Shown: positions 1 to 8,822, numbered from the stretch's first letter. The stretch: DNA of 64,000 nt from Eubacteriales bacterium (GCA_045656985.1 JAZOSH010000017.1:17886-81885); one strand, 5' to 3'. Notes: generated by a model from the letters alone, not told the origin. A program made the numbers and translations.

Positions 1-231
1 GCAGACAGTGAGAATATTTATGAGGAAGTAGGTGACCTGCTTTTGTCAATCACATCACTTTGTCGCAAGCTTTCTGTAAATCCTGAAAGGGCACTTAATG
101 ATGCTACAGATAAATTTATTTCACGATTTGAAAAGGTAGAGAATGAAGTAATTTCTGAAGGAAAAAATATAAAAGAGCTTGGCATGTGCGAGCTTGATGC
201 AATATGGGATAAAATCAAGCATATACCTTAA
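1..231 (+). CDS. mazG: MazG-family nucleoside triphosphate pyrophosphohydrolase, C-terminal fragment (5' end outside window)
   Basis: Frame 1 is open from base 1 (ADSENIYEEVGDLLLSITSLCRKLSVNPERALNDATDKFISRFEKVE...). MazG-like C-terminal pattern. Sits upstream of hup-yabO-yabP-yabQ-divIC as in Bacillus and Clostridia. Confidence 0.7.
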   Translation, partial: ADSENIYEEVGDLLLSITSLCRKLSVNPERALNDATDKFISRFEKVENEVISEGKNIKELGMCELDAIWDKIKHIP

Positions 232-271
232 TATTTTTGTAAAAAAAATGCAAAAATTGCAAAAAAAGCTA

Positions 272-300
272 TTGAAATTATGAAAAATATATGATATAAT
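272..300 (+). promoter_or_regulatory. Sigma-A promoter of hup (TTGAAA, 17 nt spacer, TGaTATAAT)
   Basis: -35 TTGAAA at 272-277 and extended -10 TGATATAAT ending at 300. A-rich UP-like tract upstream. Confidence 0.7.
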
Positions 301-354
301 ACTATATGTAAAATATGTCGGTAGTTTATCCGACAAAAAGAAAGGTGAAAAGTT

Positions 355-627
355 ATGAACAAGACACAGATAATTGAAGCTGTAGCTGCAAAGGCTAAAC
401 TCACAAAGAAGGACGCAGAGGCTGCTGTAAATGCTCTTACCGCTGTTATCGCAGACACACTCAAGGCTGGCGACAAGGTTCAGCTTGTTGGTTTCGGTAC
501 ATTTGAGGTTAAGGTTAGAGCTGCTAGAGAGGGTCGTAACCCCAAGACTGGTGAGAAGATCACAATCGCTGCTTCCAAGCACCCCACATTCTCCGCTGGT
601 AAGGCTCTTAAGGATTCTGTAAACTAA
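355..627 (+). CDS. hup: HU-family DNA-binding protein
   Basis: 90 aa: [11 protein letters not shown]...[42 protein letters not shown], a canonical HU signature. SD AAAGGTGAAA upstream. Confidence 0.95.
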   Translation: MNKTQIIEAVAAKAKLTKKDAEAAVNALTAVIADTLKAGDKVQLVGFGTFEVKVRAAREGRNPKTGEKITIAASKHPTFSAGKALKDSVN

Positions 628-639
628 TAAATCCCATAA

Positions 640-667
640 AAGAGGCAAATTAAAATTTGCCTCTTTT
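640..667 (+). terminator. Intrinsic terminator after hup
   Basis: AAGAGGCAAA (640-649) pairs with TTTGCCTCTT (656-665), followed by a T-run. Confidence 0.85.
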
Positions 668-679
668 AAGTTTAATGCT

Positions 680-922
680 ATGAGACTCGATAAATTTTTA
701 AAAGTATCAAGAATTATCAAACGCCGCACAGTTGCAAATGAGGCTTGTGATTCACAGCATATAAGTGTAAACGGTAGACTTGCAAAGGCATCGTATGATG
801 TTAAAATTGGAGATATAATTGAGGTCACCTTTGGACAAAAAACACTTAAGCTACGAGTGCTTAATATTAAAGACTCAACACTCAAGGCAGATGCGGCTGA
901 TATGTATGAGATAATTGAATAA
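680..922 (+). CDS. yabO: S4-domain RNA-binding protein, YabO-like
   Basis: [22 protein letters not shown]...[19 protein letters not shown] is an S4 fold motif. 80 aa. Conserved position before yabP. Confidence 0.85.
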   Translation: MRLDKFLKVSRIIKRRTVANEACDSQHISVNGRLAKASYDVKIGDIIEVTFGQKTLKLRVLNIKDSTLKADAADMYEIIE

Positions 923-934
923 AAAAATACCTCT

Positions 935-967
935 GCGCATATTCTTAAATGAATATGCGCATTTTTT
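935..967 (+). terminator. Hairpin / partial terminator between yabO and yabP
   Basis: GCGCATATTC (935-944) pairs with GAATATGCGC (951-960), then ATTTTTT. Confidence 0.6.
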
Positions 968-977
968 GGAGGTATTT

Positions 978-1256
978 ATGGATAATCAAAGGGAACGGGG
1001 AGAGCATCATATTGAGCTTGACATCAGAAAGCATCTTGAGATAAGTGGAGTAAGAGAGGTCTTGTGCTTTGATGATGTAAGTGTTTTACTTAAAACAAAC
1101 TACGGTGAATTAAATATTGATGGCAGAGAGATAAAGGTCTCTGTTCTTGATACTGACAAGGGAGTAGTTATCCTTGACGGACGAATTGATGCAATATATT
1201 ACACCGATGATAAACAGGAAACAAAGCACGGATTTTTTGGAAGGCTTTTAAAATAA
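978..1256 (+). CDS. yabP: Sporulation protein YabP
   Basis: ATG at 978 follows GGAGG (968-972); the track ORF starts earlier at 915. Sequence ...LEISGVREVLCFDDVSVLLKTNYGELNIDGREIKVSVLDTDKGVVILDGRIDAIYY is YabP-like. Confidence 0.85.
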   Translation: MDNQRERGEHHIELDIRKHLEISGVREVLCFDDVSVLLKTNYGELNIDGREIKVSVLDTDKGVVILDGRIDAIYYTDDKQETKHGFFGRLLK

Positions 1257-1874
1257 ATGGAAATATCGCCAATATTACTGTCAAAGCTTTTGTTTTTTTC
1301 TATACTATTCGGTATCTTTATGGGATGTTTAAATGATATAAACAGAATAGTGCGAGTTTTCCTTGGAGAAAGATATTCCAAACGAAGCTTTGAGAAGCTA
1401 TATAATTTTTTCAGAATGTCGCAGGAAATGCCCAAAAAGAAAAATCAGACTTTATTTAATACAGTTATATTTTTTCAAGATATTATATTTATGATCATGG
1501 CTGCTATTGGCCTTGTCATTCTTAATTTTTATCTTAATGACGGACACTTCCGGGTTTATACTGTATTTTCTGCATTTATAGGATTTTTAATATATTTTTT
1601 TACCTTTGGGAAGGCTGTTATAGGTGTATCCGAGCCAATCGTAATTATTCTGCGTTTCGCTATAATTACACTTGTAAAAATGATAATAATGCCGTTTAAA
1701 TTGTTTGGCTTATTTGTGTTGAGAACAAACAAAAAAATTTCGTATATGATAATAAAAAGACTTGAAAAAAGGACAAATATAAGGTATAATAATGTAAAAG
1801 TAAAAATTTACCGTGAGCTTTCAGCAAGTGGGTTTGTAAGCACATCTTATAAGGATTGTATAAATGAAGCTTGA
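1257..1874 (+). CDS. yabQ: Spore cortex biosynthesis membrane protein YabQ
   Basis: Starts directly after the yabP stop. Polytopic hydrophobic 205 aa. Conserved yabP-yabQ-divIC order. Confidence 0.7.
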   Translation: MEISPILLSKLLFFSILFGIFMGCLNDINRIVRVFLGERYSKRSFEKLYNFFRMSQEMPKKKNQTLFNTVIFFQDIIFMIMAAIGLVILNFYLNDGHFRVYTVFSAFIGFLIYFFTFGKAVIGVSEPIVIILRFAIITLVKMIIMPFKLFGLFVLRTNKKISYMIIKRLEKRTNIRYNNVKVKIYRELSASGFVSTSYKDCINEA

Positions 1875-2172
1875 ATTTTCAAAATACTTTGATAAGGAAA
1901 AAAATAATTTCAAGACCGCTGTAAAGGTGTTTGTTGCGCTTCTTTTTGTCTTTGCACTCATATTTTTTATCTGGAGCACAATGAAATACAATAAGCTTCT
2001 TGAAGAAAAGGCTGATAAAGAGGCTTACATTTCTGAACTAAACGAAAAAATTGATGAGCTTGAATACCTTGTTGAAATGCCCCTTGACGATGAGTTCAAG
2101 ATAAGGGTAGCACGCGAAAAGCTTGGGATGTGTTTTCCTGATGAGATAATCTTCTATACTGATGTTGAATAA
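1864..2172 (+). CDS. divIC: Septum formation initiator (DivIC/FtsB family)
   Basis: Single N-terminal TM, then a coiled coil (LLEEKADKEAYISELNEKIDELEYL) and ...IRVAREKLGMCFPDEIIF. Overlaps the yabQ stop by 11 nt. Confidence 0.8.
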   Translation: MKLEFSKYFDKEKNNFKTAVKVFVALLFVFALIFFIWSTMKYNKLLEEKADKEAYISELNEKIDELEYLVEMPLDDEFKIRVAREKLGMCFPDEIIFYTDVE

Positions 2173-2204
2173 AAATAAGATATAAATTTAAACGGAGGTC
2201 AATA

Positions 2205-3680
2205 ATGCACAGAATATTCAAATTTCTTTCTCTCTTACTTGCGATAATTATGCTTGCATCTTGTGTTATCGCTTGTAATAATACCCCCGCAGATGACACT
2301 ACATCTGATAATGCAGATACTATTCCCGACGCAGATGTGGTAGTATCAAATCTTCCTGAAATGGATTGGGAAGGCGCTGAATTCAGAGTTCTCGGACGCG
2401 ATGGCGGCGCAGAATATAGCACAATCTTTTCAAACTTTGAGATCACGCGCGACGAGATGCCAGAGGATGTTGTTGGTCAGGCGATATATGAAAGAAACCG
2501 AGCACTATATAACAAGTACAATTTTAAGGTTGTACAAAATCTTCTCATTGATCCTGTAAACGAACACATTCAGGTAATGTACGAGTCGGGTGATGATGTA
2601 TATGATCTTGTAATGGATGTGCCAAAGTTTTGTCAGTCACACGCTCAAAGCGGTTATCTTTTGAATATCAATTCTGACCTCAAATACATAGATCTTGATC
2701 ACCCAAGTTGGAACTCATATGTCAATAAGCAGCTTACTATTGGCGGAAAGCTCTACTATACAATAAGTGATTTTATGCTTCATGATAAGCATAGAACACA
2801 GTTTTTGTTCTATAACAGAGACCTTGCCGCAGACCTTAATCTTGGCTTCTTTGAAGATTTTGTTGATAATAACACATGGACACTTGCCAAAATGAAGGAA
2901 GTTACAAAGGCTGCTTATGCTGATATTGATGGAAAGCAGGGGATAACGCAGACCGACCGTTTTGGACTTGGAATGGAGAACTACGGAAACTTTGCTGGAA
3001 TTATTTATTCTGCTGGATTCCGTCTTACCGAAATGGATAAGAACGGCTATCCCAAACTTGTTGGTGCTACCGATCTTATATTAAATATCGTTGGTGCTTC
3101 ACTTGATATAACAGGTAATAAGCAGATAACCTATGTAATGGAAGACTATTACTATACAGGTGCAAATCCTGCCCATGAGTATCTCTTCAATTACTTTCTT
3201 GAAGGAAATGTACTTATGCTTACAGAGTTTACATCATTTTACGATGAATGGCTCCATCAGGCTACAATAGAGATAGGTGCACTTCCTAATCCCAAATACG
3301 ATAGCTCACAGAGCCAGTACTGCACCTATCCATACGGAACGATCTTTGCAGTACCTTACACAGTGCTTGATACTGATAAGGTTGGTTTCTGTCTTGAGGC
3401 ACTCACTGAAGCTTCCACTGATACAACATATATCACTTATAGAGATACAAAGTGCAAGTATCAGGATGCTTATGATGAGGATTGTGCAAGAATGCTTGAT
3501 CTCTGCTTTGACGGTACGATATATGATGTTGGCGCATTCTGTAATTTTGGAGGCATGCACAGTGGTGTCAGTGTAACCCTACAAAAGGCCGGAACCAATT
3601 CATATAAGAGACTTTACGATACATATAGGAAGTCGGCTCAGAAAGCGATAGACGCTCTCATTGAAGATTATTCAAAATAA
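2205..3680 (+). CDS. Large extracellular solute-binding-protein-like lipoprotein (orphan, no adjacent permeases)
   Basis: Signal peptide plus lipobox (LLLAIIMLASC). 491 aa. Resembles the large family-1 sugar SBPs of Clostridia. SD ACGGAGG upstream. Confidence 0.55.
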   Translation: MHRIFKFLSLLLAIIMLASCVIACNNTPADDTTSDNADTIPDADVVVSNLPEMDWEGAEFRVLGRDGGAEYSTIFSNFEITRDEMPEDVVGQAIYERNRALYNKYNFKVVQNLLIDPVNEHIQVMYESGDDVYDLVMDVPKFCQSHAQSGYLLNINSDLKYIDLDHPSWNSYVNKQLTIGGKLYYTISDFMLHDKHRTQFLFYNRDLAADLNLGFFEDFVDNNTWTLAKMKEVTKAAYADIDGKQGITQTDRFGLGMENYGNFAGIIYSAGFRLTEMDKNGYPKLVGATDLILNIVGASLDITGNKQITYVMEDYYYTGANPAHEYLFNYFLEGNVLMLTEFTSFYDEWLHQATIEIGALPNPKYDSSQSQYCTYPYGTIFAVPYTVLDTDKVGFCLEALTEASTDTTYITYRDTKCKYQDAYDEDCARMLDLCFDGTIYDVGAFCNFGGMHSGVSVTLQKAGTNSYKRLYDTYRKSAQKAIDALIEDYSK

Positions 3681-3688
3681 AACAGATA

Positions 3689-3726
3689 ACCTCTGCCTCG
3701 CAGGAATGTGGGGCAGAGGTTTTTTG
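3689..3726 (+). terminator. Intrinsic terminator
   Basis: ACCTCTGCC (3689-3697) pairs with GGCAGAGGT (3712-3720), followed by TTTTT. Confidence 0.85.
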
Positions 3727-3876
3727 TTAATAATAAATTAACATATATAAAATAAGGTAAGTGCTTGAAATTTTATGTAAAAAAAGGTATAATAATCTTA
3801 TAATTGGGGTAGAATGGTTCATTAAATGTATGACAAATTTTTATCACGAAATATTATAAATTTATGGAGGCGGATT

Positions 3877-5253
3877 ATGGCGCAGAACAACACTTTAGTG
3901 TGCGGCGAGACAAGAGAAAAGCTTGCGTCTTTCTTTGATGCAGGAACATTTGTTGAGCTTTCCGCATACACGAAGCGAAGAACAGCTCCCGAGGAATACG
4001 AGGGCGTAATTTGCGGATACGGAGCGATCAATGGTAAATTAGTTTTTACTTTTGCTCAGGACTCATCAAGAAGCAAGGGTGCATTTGGAGAAAGACAAGC
4101 AAAAAAGATTTGCGAGCTTTATTCTCTTGCAATTAAGAACGGAGCACCCGTTATAGGAATTTTCGACAGCCATGGTGCCGTTGTTTATGACGGTGCAGCA
4201 GCTCTTTCGGCTTATGCAAGACTTATGAAATGTGTATCCGCTGCTTCCGGTATAATTCCTCAAATTGCACTTATTGACGGCATATGCGCAGGTTCATCTG
4301 CTGTTATTGCGTCTATGTTTGACTTTACTGTTACAATAAAGGATAAGTCAAAGCTTTATGTGAATTCTCCCTTTGTGGTAGGAGACGAACTTAGGGAAAG
4401 CGATTTTGCTACAAAGAACGGTACTTCGGCATACTGTGCAGAAAGTGATACAGATGCAACGGACTTCATAAAGAAGCTTGTTGATATTCTCCCCTCAAAT
4501 AATTGTGAGGGTGCGTTCTCGGGCGATGTAGCAGATAATCTTAATCGTAAAATAGACCTTGATGCAAGTAATTATGTTACAGATGAGCTTATCACAAAGC
4601 TTGCAGATAACGGAAGCTTCCTCAAGCTTTACGCAAGCTATACAAATCAGCTTTCAGCAGGACTTGCAACATTTGGTGGAATTACCGCCTGCATTCTTGC
4701 AAGTAATGGCGAAGGTGTGCTTGACATAAAGAGCGCCCGTGTGGCCGCAAGACTTGTTTCGTTCTGTGACAGCTTCAATATTCCTGTTATAAATCTTGTT
4801 GACAGTATTGGTCTTGATATTTCTCTTGAGGCGGAATATGATGCGTATTCCTCCGAGCTTGCAAGACTTGCAACTGTGTATGCTTCTTCAACAAATGCAA
4901 AGATATCTGTTGTTATCGGAAAGGCATACGGTGCATCGTTTGCTCTTCTCGGTTCAAAAGCACTTGGTGCTGATATGGCTTATGCACTTGAAGGAGCTGT
5001 AATAAGCGTGCTTTCTCCCGAAGCATCTATTGCCTTTGTTCTCAATGACAAGGTAGGAGAGAAGAGTCGTGAGGAGCTTGAGGCAGAATGGAAGGAAAAG
5101 CTTGCATCAGCTGACGAGGCTTGTGGTCTCGGTGAAATTGACGATGTTATTGAACCTTCAGAGCTTCGTCAGAGAATATGCGCGGCTCTTTCAATGCTTG
5201 CTTACAAGGCAGAGAATACACCTGTCCGCAAGCATTCAAATCTTCCTCTCTAA
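3877..5253 (+). CDS. Acyl-CoA carboxyltransferase-fold subunit (MmdA/GcdA/12S-like, divergent)
   Basis: ATG 3877 after GGAGG (3866-3870). Two-domain crotonase-like carboxyl-transferase pattern (...GVICGYGAINGKLVFTFAQD..., ...IGKAYGASFALLGSKALGADMAYAL...). The Gly-rich motifs are altered (see findings). Confidence 0.7.
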   Translation: MAQNNTLVCGETREKLASFFDAGTFVELSAYTKRRTAPEEYEGVICGYGAINGKLVFTFAQDSSRSKGAFGERQAKKICELYSLAIKNGAPVIGIFDSHGAVVYDGAAALSAYARLMKCVSAASGIIPQIALIDGICAGSSAVIASMFDFTVTIKDKSKLYVNSPFVVGDELRESDFATKNGTSAYCAESDTDATDFIKKLVDILPSNNCEGAFSGDVADNLNRKIDLDASNYVTDELITKLADNGSFLKLYASYTNQLSAGLATFGGITACILASNGEGVLDIKSARVAARLVSFCDSFNIPVINLVDSIGLDISLEAEYDAYSSELARLATVYASSTNAKISVVIGKAYGASFALLGSKALGADMAYALEGAVISVLSPEASIAFVLNDKVGEKSREELEAEWKEKLASADEACGLGEIDDVIEPSELRQRICAALSMLAYKAENTPVRKHSNLPL

Positions 5254-5265
5254 TTGGAGGTAAGT

Positions 5266-5667
5266 ATGAATAACGTAATCTTACTTACAGCACAGGGAGA
5301 GCTTGGCGGTGCGTTTTCACCCGAGAGAATATCGTATTCTCTGGAGATGACGGCTCTTGGTTTGCTTGCGGTTTTTGCGGTTCTCGCAATACTTTGGGGC
5401 GTGCTTGCGCTCTTTAAGGTGATTATGTACGATATGCCGCAAAAAAAGGCAAAAGCCGAGCCTAAGGAAGAGCCCGCTGTTGCATTTGAGCCCGTCGCAC
5501 CCGTTCCTGTAATAGCGCAGAACGACGACGAGACAGTAGCCGTTATTATGGCGGCAATTTCCGCTTATATTGCGGCAGATCCCGCTCTTGCAGAGGAGTA
5601 TGCCGGTGGCTTTAGAGTTGTGTCCTTTAAGCGTGTACGCGATAAGGCATCATGGAACAAAAAATAA
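5266..5667 (+). CDS. OadG/MmdD-like small membrane anchor subunit
   Basis: ATG 5266 after GGAGG. One TM (ALGLLAVFAVLAILWGVLALF), then an Ala/Pro/Glu-rich tail. Sits between the CT and BCCP genes. Confidence 0.6.
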   Translation: MNNVILLTAQGELGGAFSPERISYSLEMTALGLLAVFAVLAILWGVLALFKVIMYDMPQKKAKAEPKEEPAVAFEPVAPVPVIAQNDDETVAVIMAAISAYIAADPALAEEYAGGFRVVSFKRVRDKASWNKK

Positions 5668-5688
5668 TTGATTGAGAGGATTAAAATT

Positions 5689-6087
5689 ATGAAAAAATAT
5701 AATGTGACCGTAAACGGTGTAGTATATGAAGTAGAGGTTGAAGAGGTAGGCGCAGTTGCATCTGCCCCCGTAGCAGCACCCGCGCCCGTGGCAGCATCTG
5801 CTCCCGCAGCAGCTCCTGTAGCTCCCAAGGCAGCGCCCGCACCCGCTCCCGCAGCAAAGCCCGCAGCGGCAGGTGCAGTTACCGTTAAGGCTCCTATGCC
5901 CGGTAATATTCTCAAGGTAAATGTTAAGGCAGGCGACGCTGTTAAGAAGGGCGATGTTCTTTGCATCCTTGAGGCAATGAAGATGGAAAACGAGATCTGC
6001 GCTCCCGCTGACGGAACAGTAGCAGGTGTAAACGTTTCTCAGGGCGCAACAGTTCAGACCGACGACGTTATCTTGTCGCTCAACTGA
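5689..6087 (+). CDS. Biotin carboxyl carrier protein (1.3S/MmdC/GcdC-like)
   Basis: ATG 5689 after GAGAGGA. Long Ala/Pro linker. Biotinyl domain with LCILEAMKMENEI (AMKM biotinylation motif). Confidence 0.9.
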   Translation: MKKYNVTVNGVVYEVEVEEVGAVASAPVAAPAPVAASAPAAAPVAPKAAPAPAPAAKPAAAGAVTVKAPMPGNILKVNVKAGDAVKKGDVLCILEAMKMENEICAPADGTVAGVNVSQGATVQTDDVILSLN

Positions 6088-6127
6088 TAACTCCTTTTGA
6101 ATATTTTGAAAGGAGGCATAAAAAGAA

Positions 6128-7315
6128 ATGCTTGAAAGCATATTGAATTTTTTAAGTACGACCGGTATAGCCAAGCTTTTCGGAATGGAGCCCCTTGACA
6201 CTTTCAAATGTCTCTTAATGCTCTTTATCTCATTTGTGCTTGTTTATCTTGCAATCGTCAAGAAATTTGAGCCGCTGCTTCTTTTGCCCATAGCTATCGG
6301 TATGCTGCTTACCAACCTTCCCGGAGGTACACTCTTCCATCTTGATTTCTTTATTCAAGAGGAAATAAGCTATAGCCAGATACTTCATGATGGAGGATTT
6401 CTTGATCTGCTTTATCTTGGTGTTAAGCTTGGAATATATCCTTCGCTTATATTTATGGGTATAGGTGCTATGACAGATTTTACACCTCTTATATCCAATC
6501 CTAAGAGTTTGCTTATTGGTGCCGGCGCACAGCTTGGCGTTTTCGTTGCATTCTCAGCGGCGCTTATCTCTGGTGCATTTACCCCCGAGCAGGCTGCGGC
6601 AATAGGAATTATCGGAGGTGCTGACGGACCTACGGCGATCCTTGTAACAAAGACACTCGCCCCCGCGCTACTCGGAGCTATTGCTATTGCGGCGTATAGC
6701 TACATGGCACTTATACCTATGATACAGCCTCCCTTTATGAAGCTCCTTACCACAAAGAAGGAGAGAATGATAAAGATGGAGACACTTCGCCCCGTATCAA
6801 AGACCGAGAAGATCCTTTTCCCAATAGTCGTAACTGCGGTTGTAGGTCTTATCGTTCCCGATGCGCTTCCTCTTATCGGTTGTCTTATGTTTGGTAATCT
6901 CCTTAACGTTTGTGGAGTTACTGATAGACTCTCGAAGACAGCTCAGAACGAGCTTATGAACATAGTAACGATCTTCCTTGGAATATCTGTAGGTGCTACG
7001 GCAAGCGCTGATAACTTCCTTCGTGGAGAAACAGTGCTTATAATCCTTTGCGGACTTGCCGCATTTATCGTGTCTACGATAGGCGGACTTCTTACTGCAA
7101 AGATAATGAACGCTATTACCGGTGGTAAGATAAATCCCCTTATTGGTTCTGCGGGCGTATCGGCCGTTCCTATGGCGGCAAGAGTTTCGCAGAAAGTTGG
7201 ACAGGCAGAGGATCCGTCGAACTTCTTACTTATGCACGCTATGGGACCTAATGTTGCAGGCGTTATTGGCTCTGCGGTTGCTGCGGGAGTATTTCTTTCG
7301 TGGTTTGCCGCATAA
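6128..7315 (+). CDS. oadB: Na+-translocating decarboxylase beta subunit (OadB/MmdB/GcdB family)
   Basis: 395 aa polytopic membrane protein with OAD_beta-like sequence (...[13 protein letters not shown]..., ...[15 protein letters not shown]...). SD AAAGGAGG upstream. Confidence 0.85.
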   Translation: MLESILNFLSTTGIAKLFGMEPLDTFKCLLMLFISFVLVYLAIVKKFEPLLLLPIAIGMLLTNLPGGTLFHLDFFIQEEISYSQILHDGGFLDLLYLGVKLGIYPSLIFMGIGAMTDFTPLISNPKSLLIGAGAQLGVFVAFSAALISGAFTPEQAAAIGIIGGADGPTAILVTKTLAPALLGAIAIAAYSYMALIPMIQPPFMKLLTTKKERMIKMETLRPVSKTEKILFPIVVTAVVGLIVPDALPLIGCLMFGNLLNVCGVTDRLSKTAQNELMNIVTIFLGISVGATASADNFLRGETVLIILCGLAAFIVSTIGGLLTAKIMNAITGGKINPLIGSAGVSAVPMAARVSQKVGQAEDPSNFLLMHAMGPNVAGVIGSAVAAGVFLSWFAA

Positions 7316-7332
7316 TAATGTGAGGTATTGAA

Positions 7333-8730
7333 ATGAATAAAGTTAAAATTACAGAAACAGTTCTTCGCGATTCGCATCAGTCGCTTATCGCAACAAGAAT
7401 GACAACGGAAGAGATGCTTCCGATACTTGAAAAGCTTGATAAGGTTGGCTACCATTCGCTTGAGGCATGGGGAGGTGCTACCTTTGACTCCTGTATGCGT
7501 TTCCTTAATGAGGATCCTTGGGAGAGACTCCGTAAGATCCGTGAAGCAGTAAAGAACACAAAGCTTCAGATGCTTTTCCGCGGACAGAATATTCTTGGCT
7601 ACCGTCATTATTCCGATGATGTTGTTGAGTATTTTGTTCAGAAGTCAATTGCTAACGGAATTGATATACTTCGTATCTTTGATGCCCTCAACGATCCTAG
7701 AAATCTTGAGACAGCTATCAAGGCAACAAAGAAGGAGAACGGACATGTTCAGGCTGCAATAAGCTACACAACAGGTCCCGTTTATACCACCGAGTATTTC
7801 ACGGGTTACGCAAAGACACTTGAGAATATGGGAGCTGATTCCATTTGTATCAAGGATATGGCAGGACTTCTTAAGCCTTACGATGCGTATGAGCTCGTAA
7901 AAGCCCTCAAGGAGACTGTTAAGGTTCCGATCCAGGTGCACACCCACTATACCTCCGGTCTTGCTTCTATGACACTTCTCAAGTCTATTGAGGCAGGTGC
8001 GGATATTGTTGATACCGCTATCTCGCCTATGGCTATGGGAACATCCCAGCCTCCTACAGAGTCTCTTGTGGCAACTCTTGCAGGAACTGAATATGACACA
8101 GGAATTGATCTTGCTTCGCTTGATGAGATAACCAAATATTTCGCACCTCTCCGTGAGAAGTATCTCGCATCGGGACTTCTTGATCCCAAGATGCTCAAGG
8201 TCGATGTAAACGCGCTTATCTATCAGGTTCCCGGTGGAATGCTCTCTAATCTTGTTTCTCAGCTCAAACAGGCAGGGAAGTCGGATAAGCTTACAGAGGT
8301 GCTTGAGGAAGTTCCGAGAGTAAGAGCAGATGCAGGATATCCACCTCTCGTAACACCTTCGTCACAGATCGTCGGAACACAGGCGGTATTCAATGTAATC
8401 GGCGGTGAGAGATATAAGATGGTTACAAAGGAGTTTAAGGGACTCATTCAGGGTCAGTACGGTAAAGCTCCGGTAGAAATTGATCCCGAATTTACAAAAA
8501 AAATAATCGGAGATACAGAGCTTATAACCTGCCGTCCCGCAGACAAACTTGCTCCCGAGCTTGATACACTTCGTGCACAGATAGCACAGTATATTGAGCA
8601 GGACGAGGATGTGCTTTCATACGCACTCTTTGAGCAGGTTGCCATCAAGTTCTTTGAGTATAGAAAAGCAAAGAAATACGCGCTTGACGCAGAAAATTCT
8701 GACGCTACACTCGGAGTTCATATTGTCTAA
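7333..8730 (+). CDS. oadA: Oxaloacetate decarboxylase alpha / transcarboxylase 5S-like carboxyltransferase, no biotinyl domain
   Basis: MNKVKITETVLRDSHQSLIATRMTTEEM...EAWGGATFD...CIKDMAGLL...VHTHYTSGLA is an HMGL-like TIM barrel plus a PYC_OADA region. The 465 aa protein ends without an AMKM domain. Confidence 0.85.
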   Translation: MNKVKITETVLRDSHQSLIATRMTTEEMLPILEKLDKVGYHSLEAWGGATFDSCMRFLNEDPWERLRKIREAVKNTKLQMLFRGQNILGYRHYSDDVVEYFVQKSIANGIDILRIFDALNDPRNLETAIKATKKENGHVQAAISYTTGPVYTTEYFTGYAKTLENMGADSICIKDMAGLLKPYDAYELVKALKETVKVPIQVHTHYTSGLASMTLLKSIEAGADIVDTAISPMAMGTSQPPTESLVATLAGTEYDTGIDLASLDEITKYFAPLREKYLASGLLDPKMLKVDVNALIYQVPGGMLSNLVSQLKQAGKSDKLTEVLEEVPRVRADAGYPPLVTPSSQIVGTQAVFNVIGGERYKMVTKEFKGLIQGQYGKAPVEIDPEFTKKIIGDTELITCRPADKLAPELDTLRAQIAQYIEQDEDVLSYALFEQVAIKFFEYRKAKKYALDAENSDATLGVHIV

Positions 8731-8737
8731 AATGTAA

Positions 8738-8770
8738 AACAAGCCGTTGCTTTGCAGCGGCTTGTTAATT
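8738..8770 (+). terminator. Hairpin terminator after the decarboxylase operon
   Basis: AACAAGCCGTTGC (8738-8750) pairs with GCAGCGGCTTGTT (8754-8766). The T-tract is weak. Confidence 0.6.
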
Positions 8771-8793
8771 TATAAAGAAAATTCAAAAATCTA

Positions 8794-8822
8794 TTGCAAA
8801 AACAGAGAAAATCTGTTATACT
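8794..8822 (+). promoter_or_regulatory. Sigma-A promoter of SRP RNA (TTGCAA, 17 nt spacer, TATACT)
   Basis: TTGCAA at 8794-8799 and TATACT at 8817-8822. Confidence 0.7.

Noticed and set aside
5565-6207. Two long minus-strand ORFs (133 and 185 aa) rich in Ala/Gly/Cys across the BCCP gene.
   Set aside because: They are the antisense reading of the GC-rich Ala/Pro linker of the biotin carrier. The plus-strand frame has the AMKM biotinylation motif and a proper SD.
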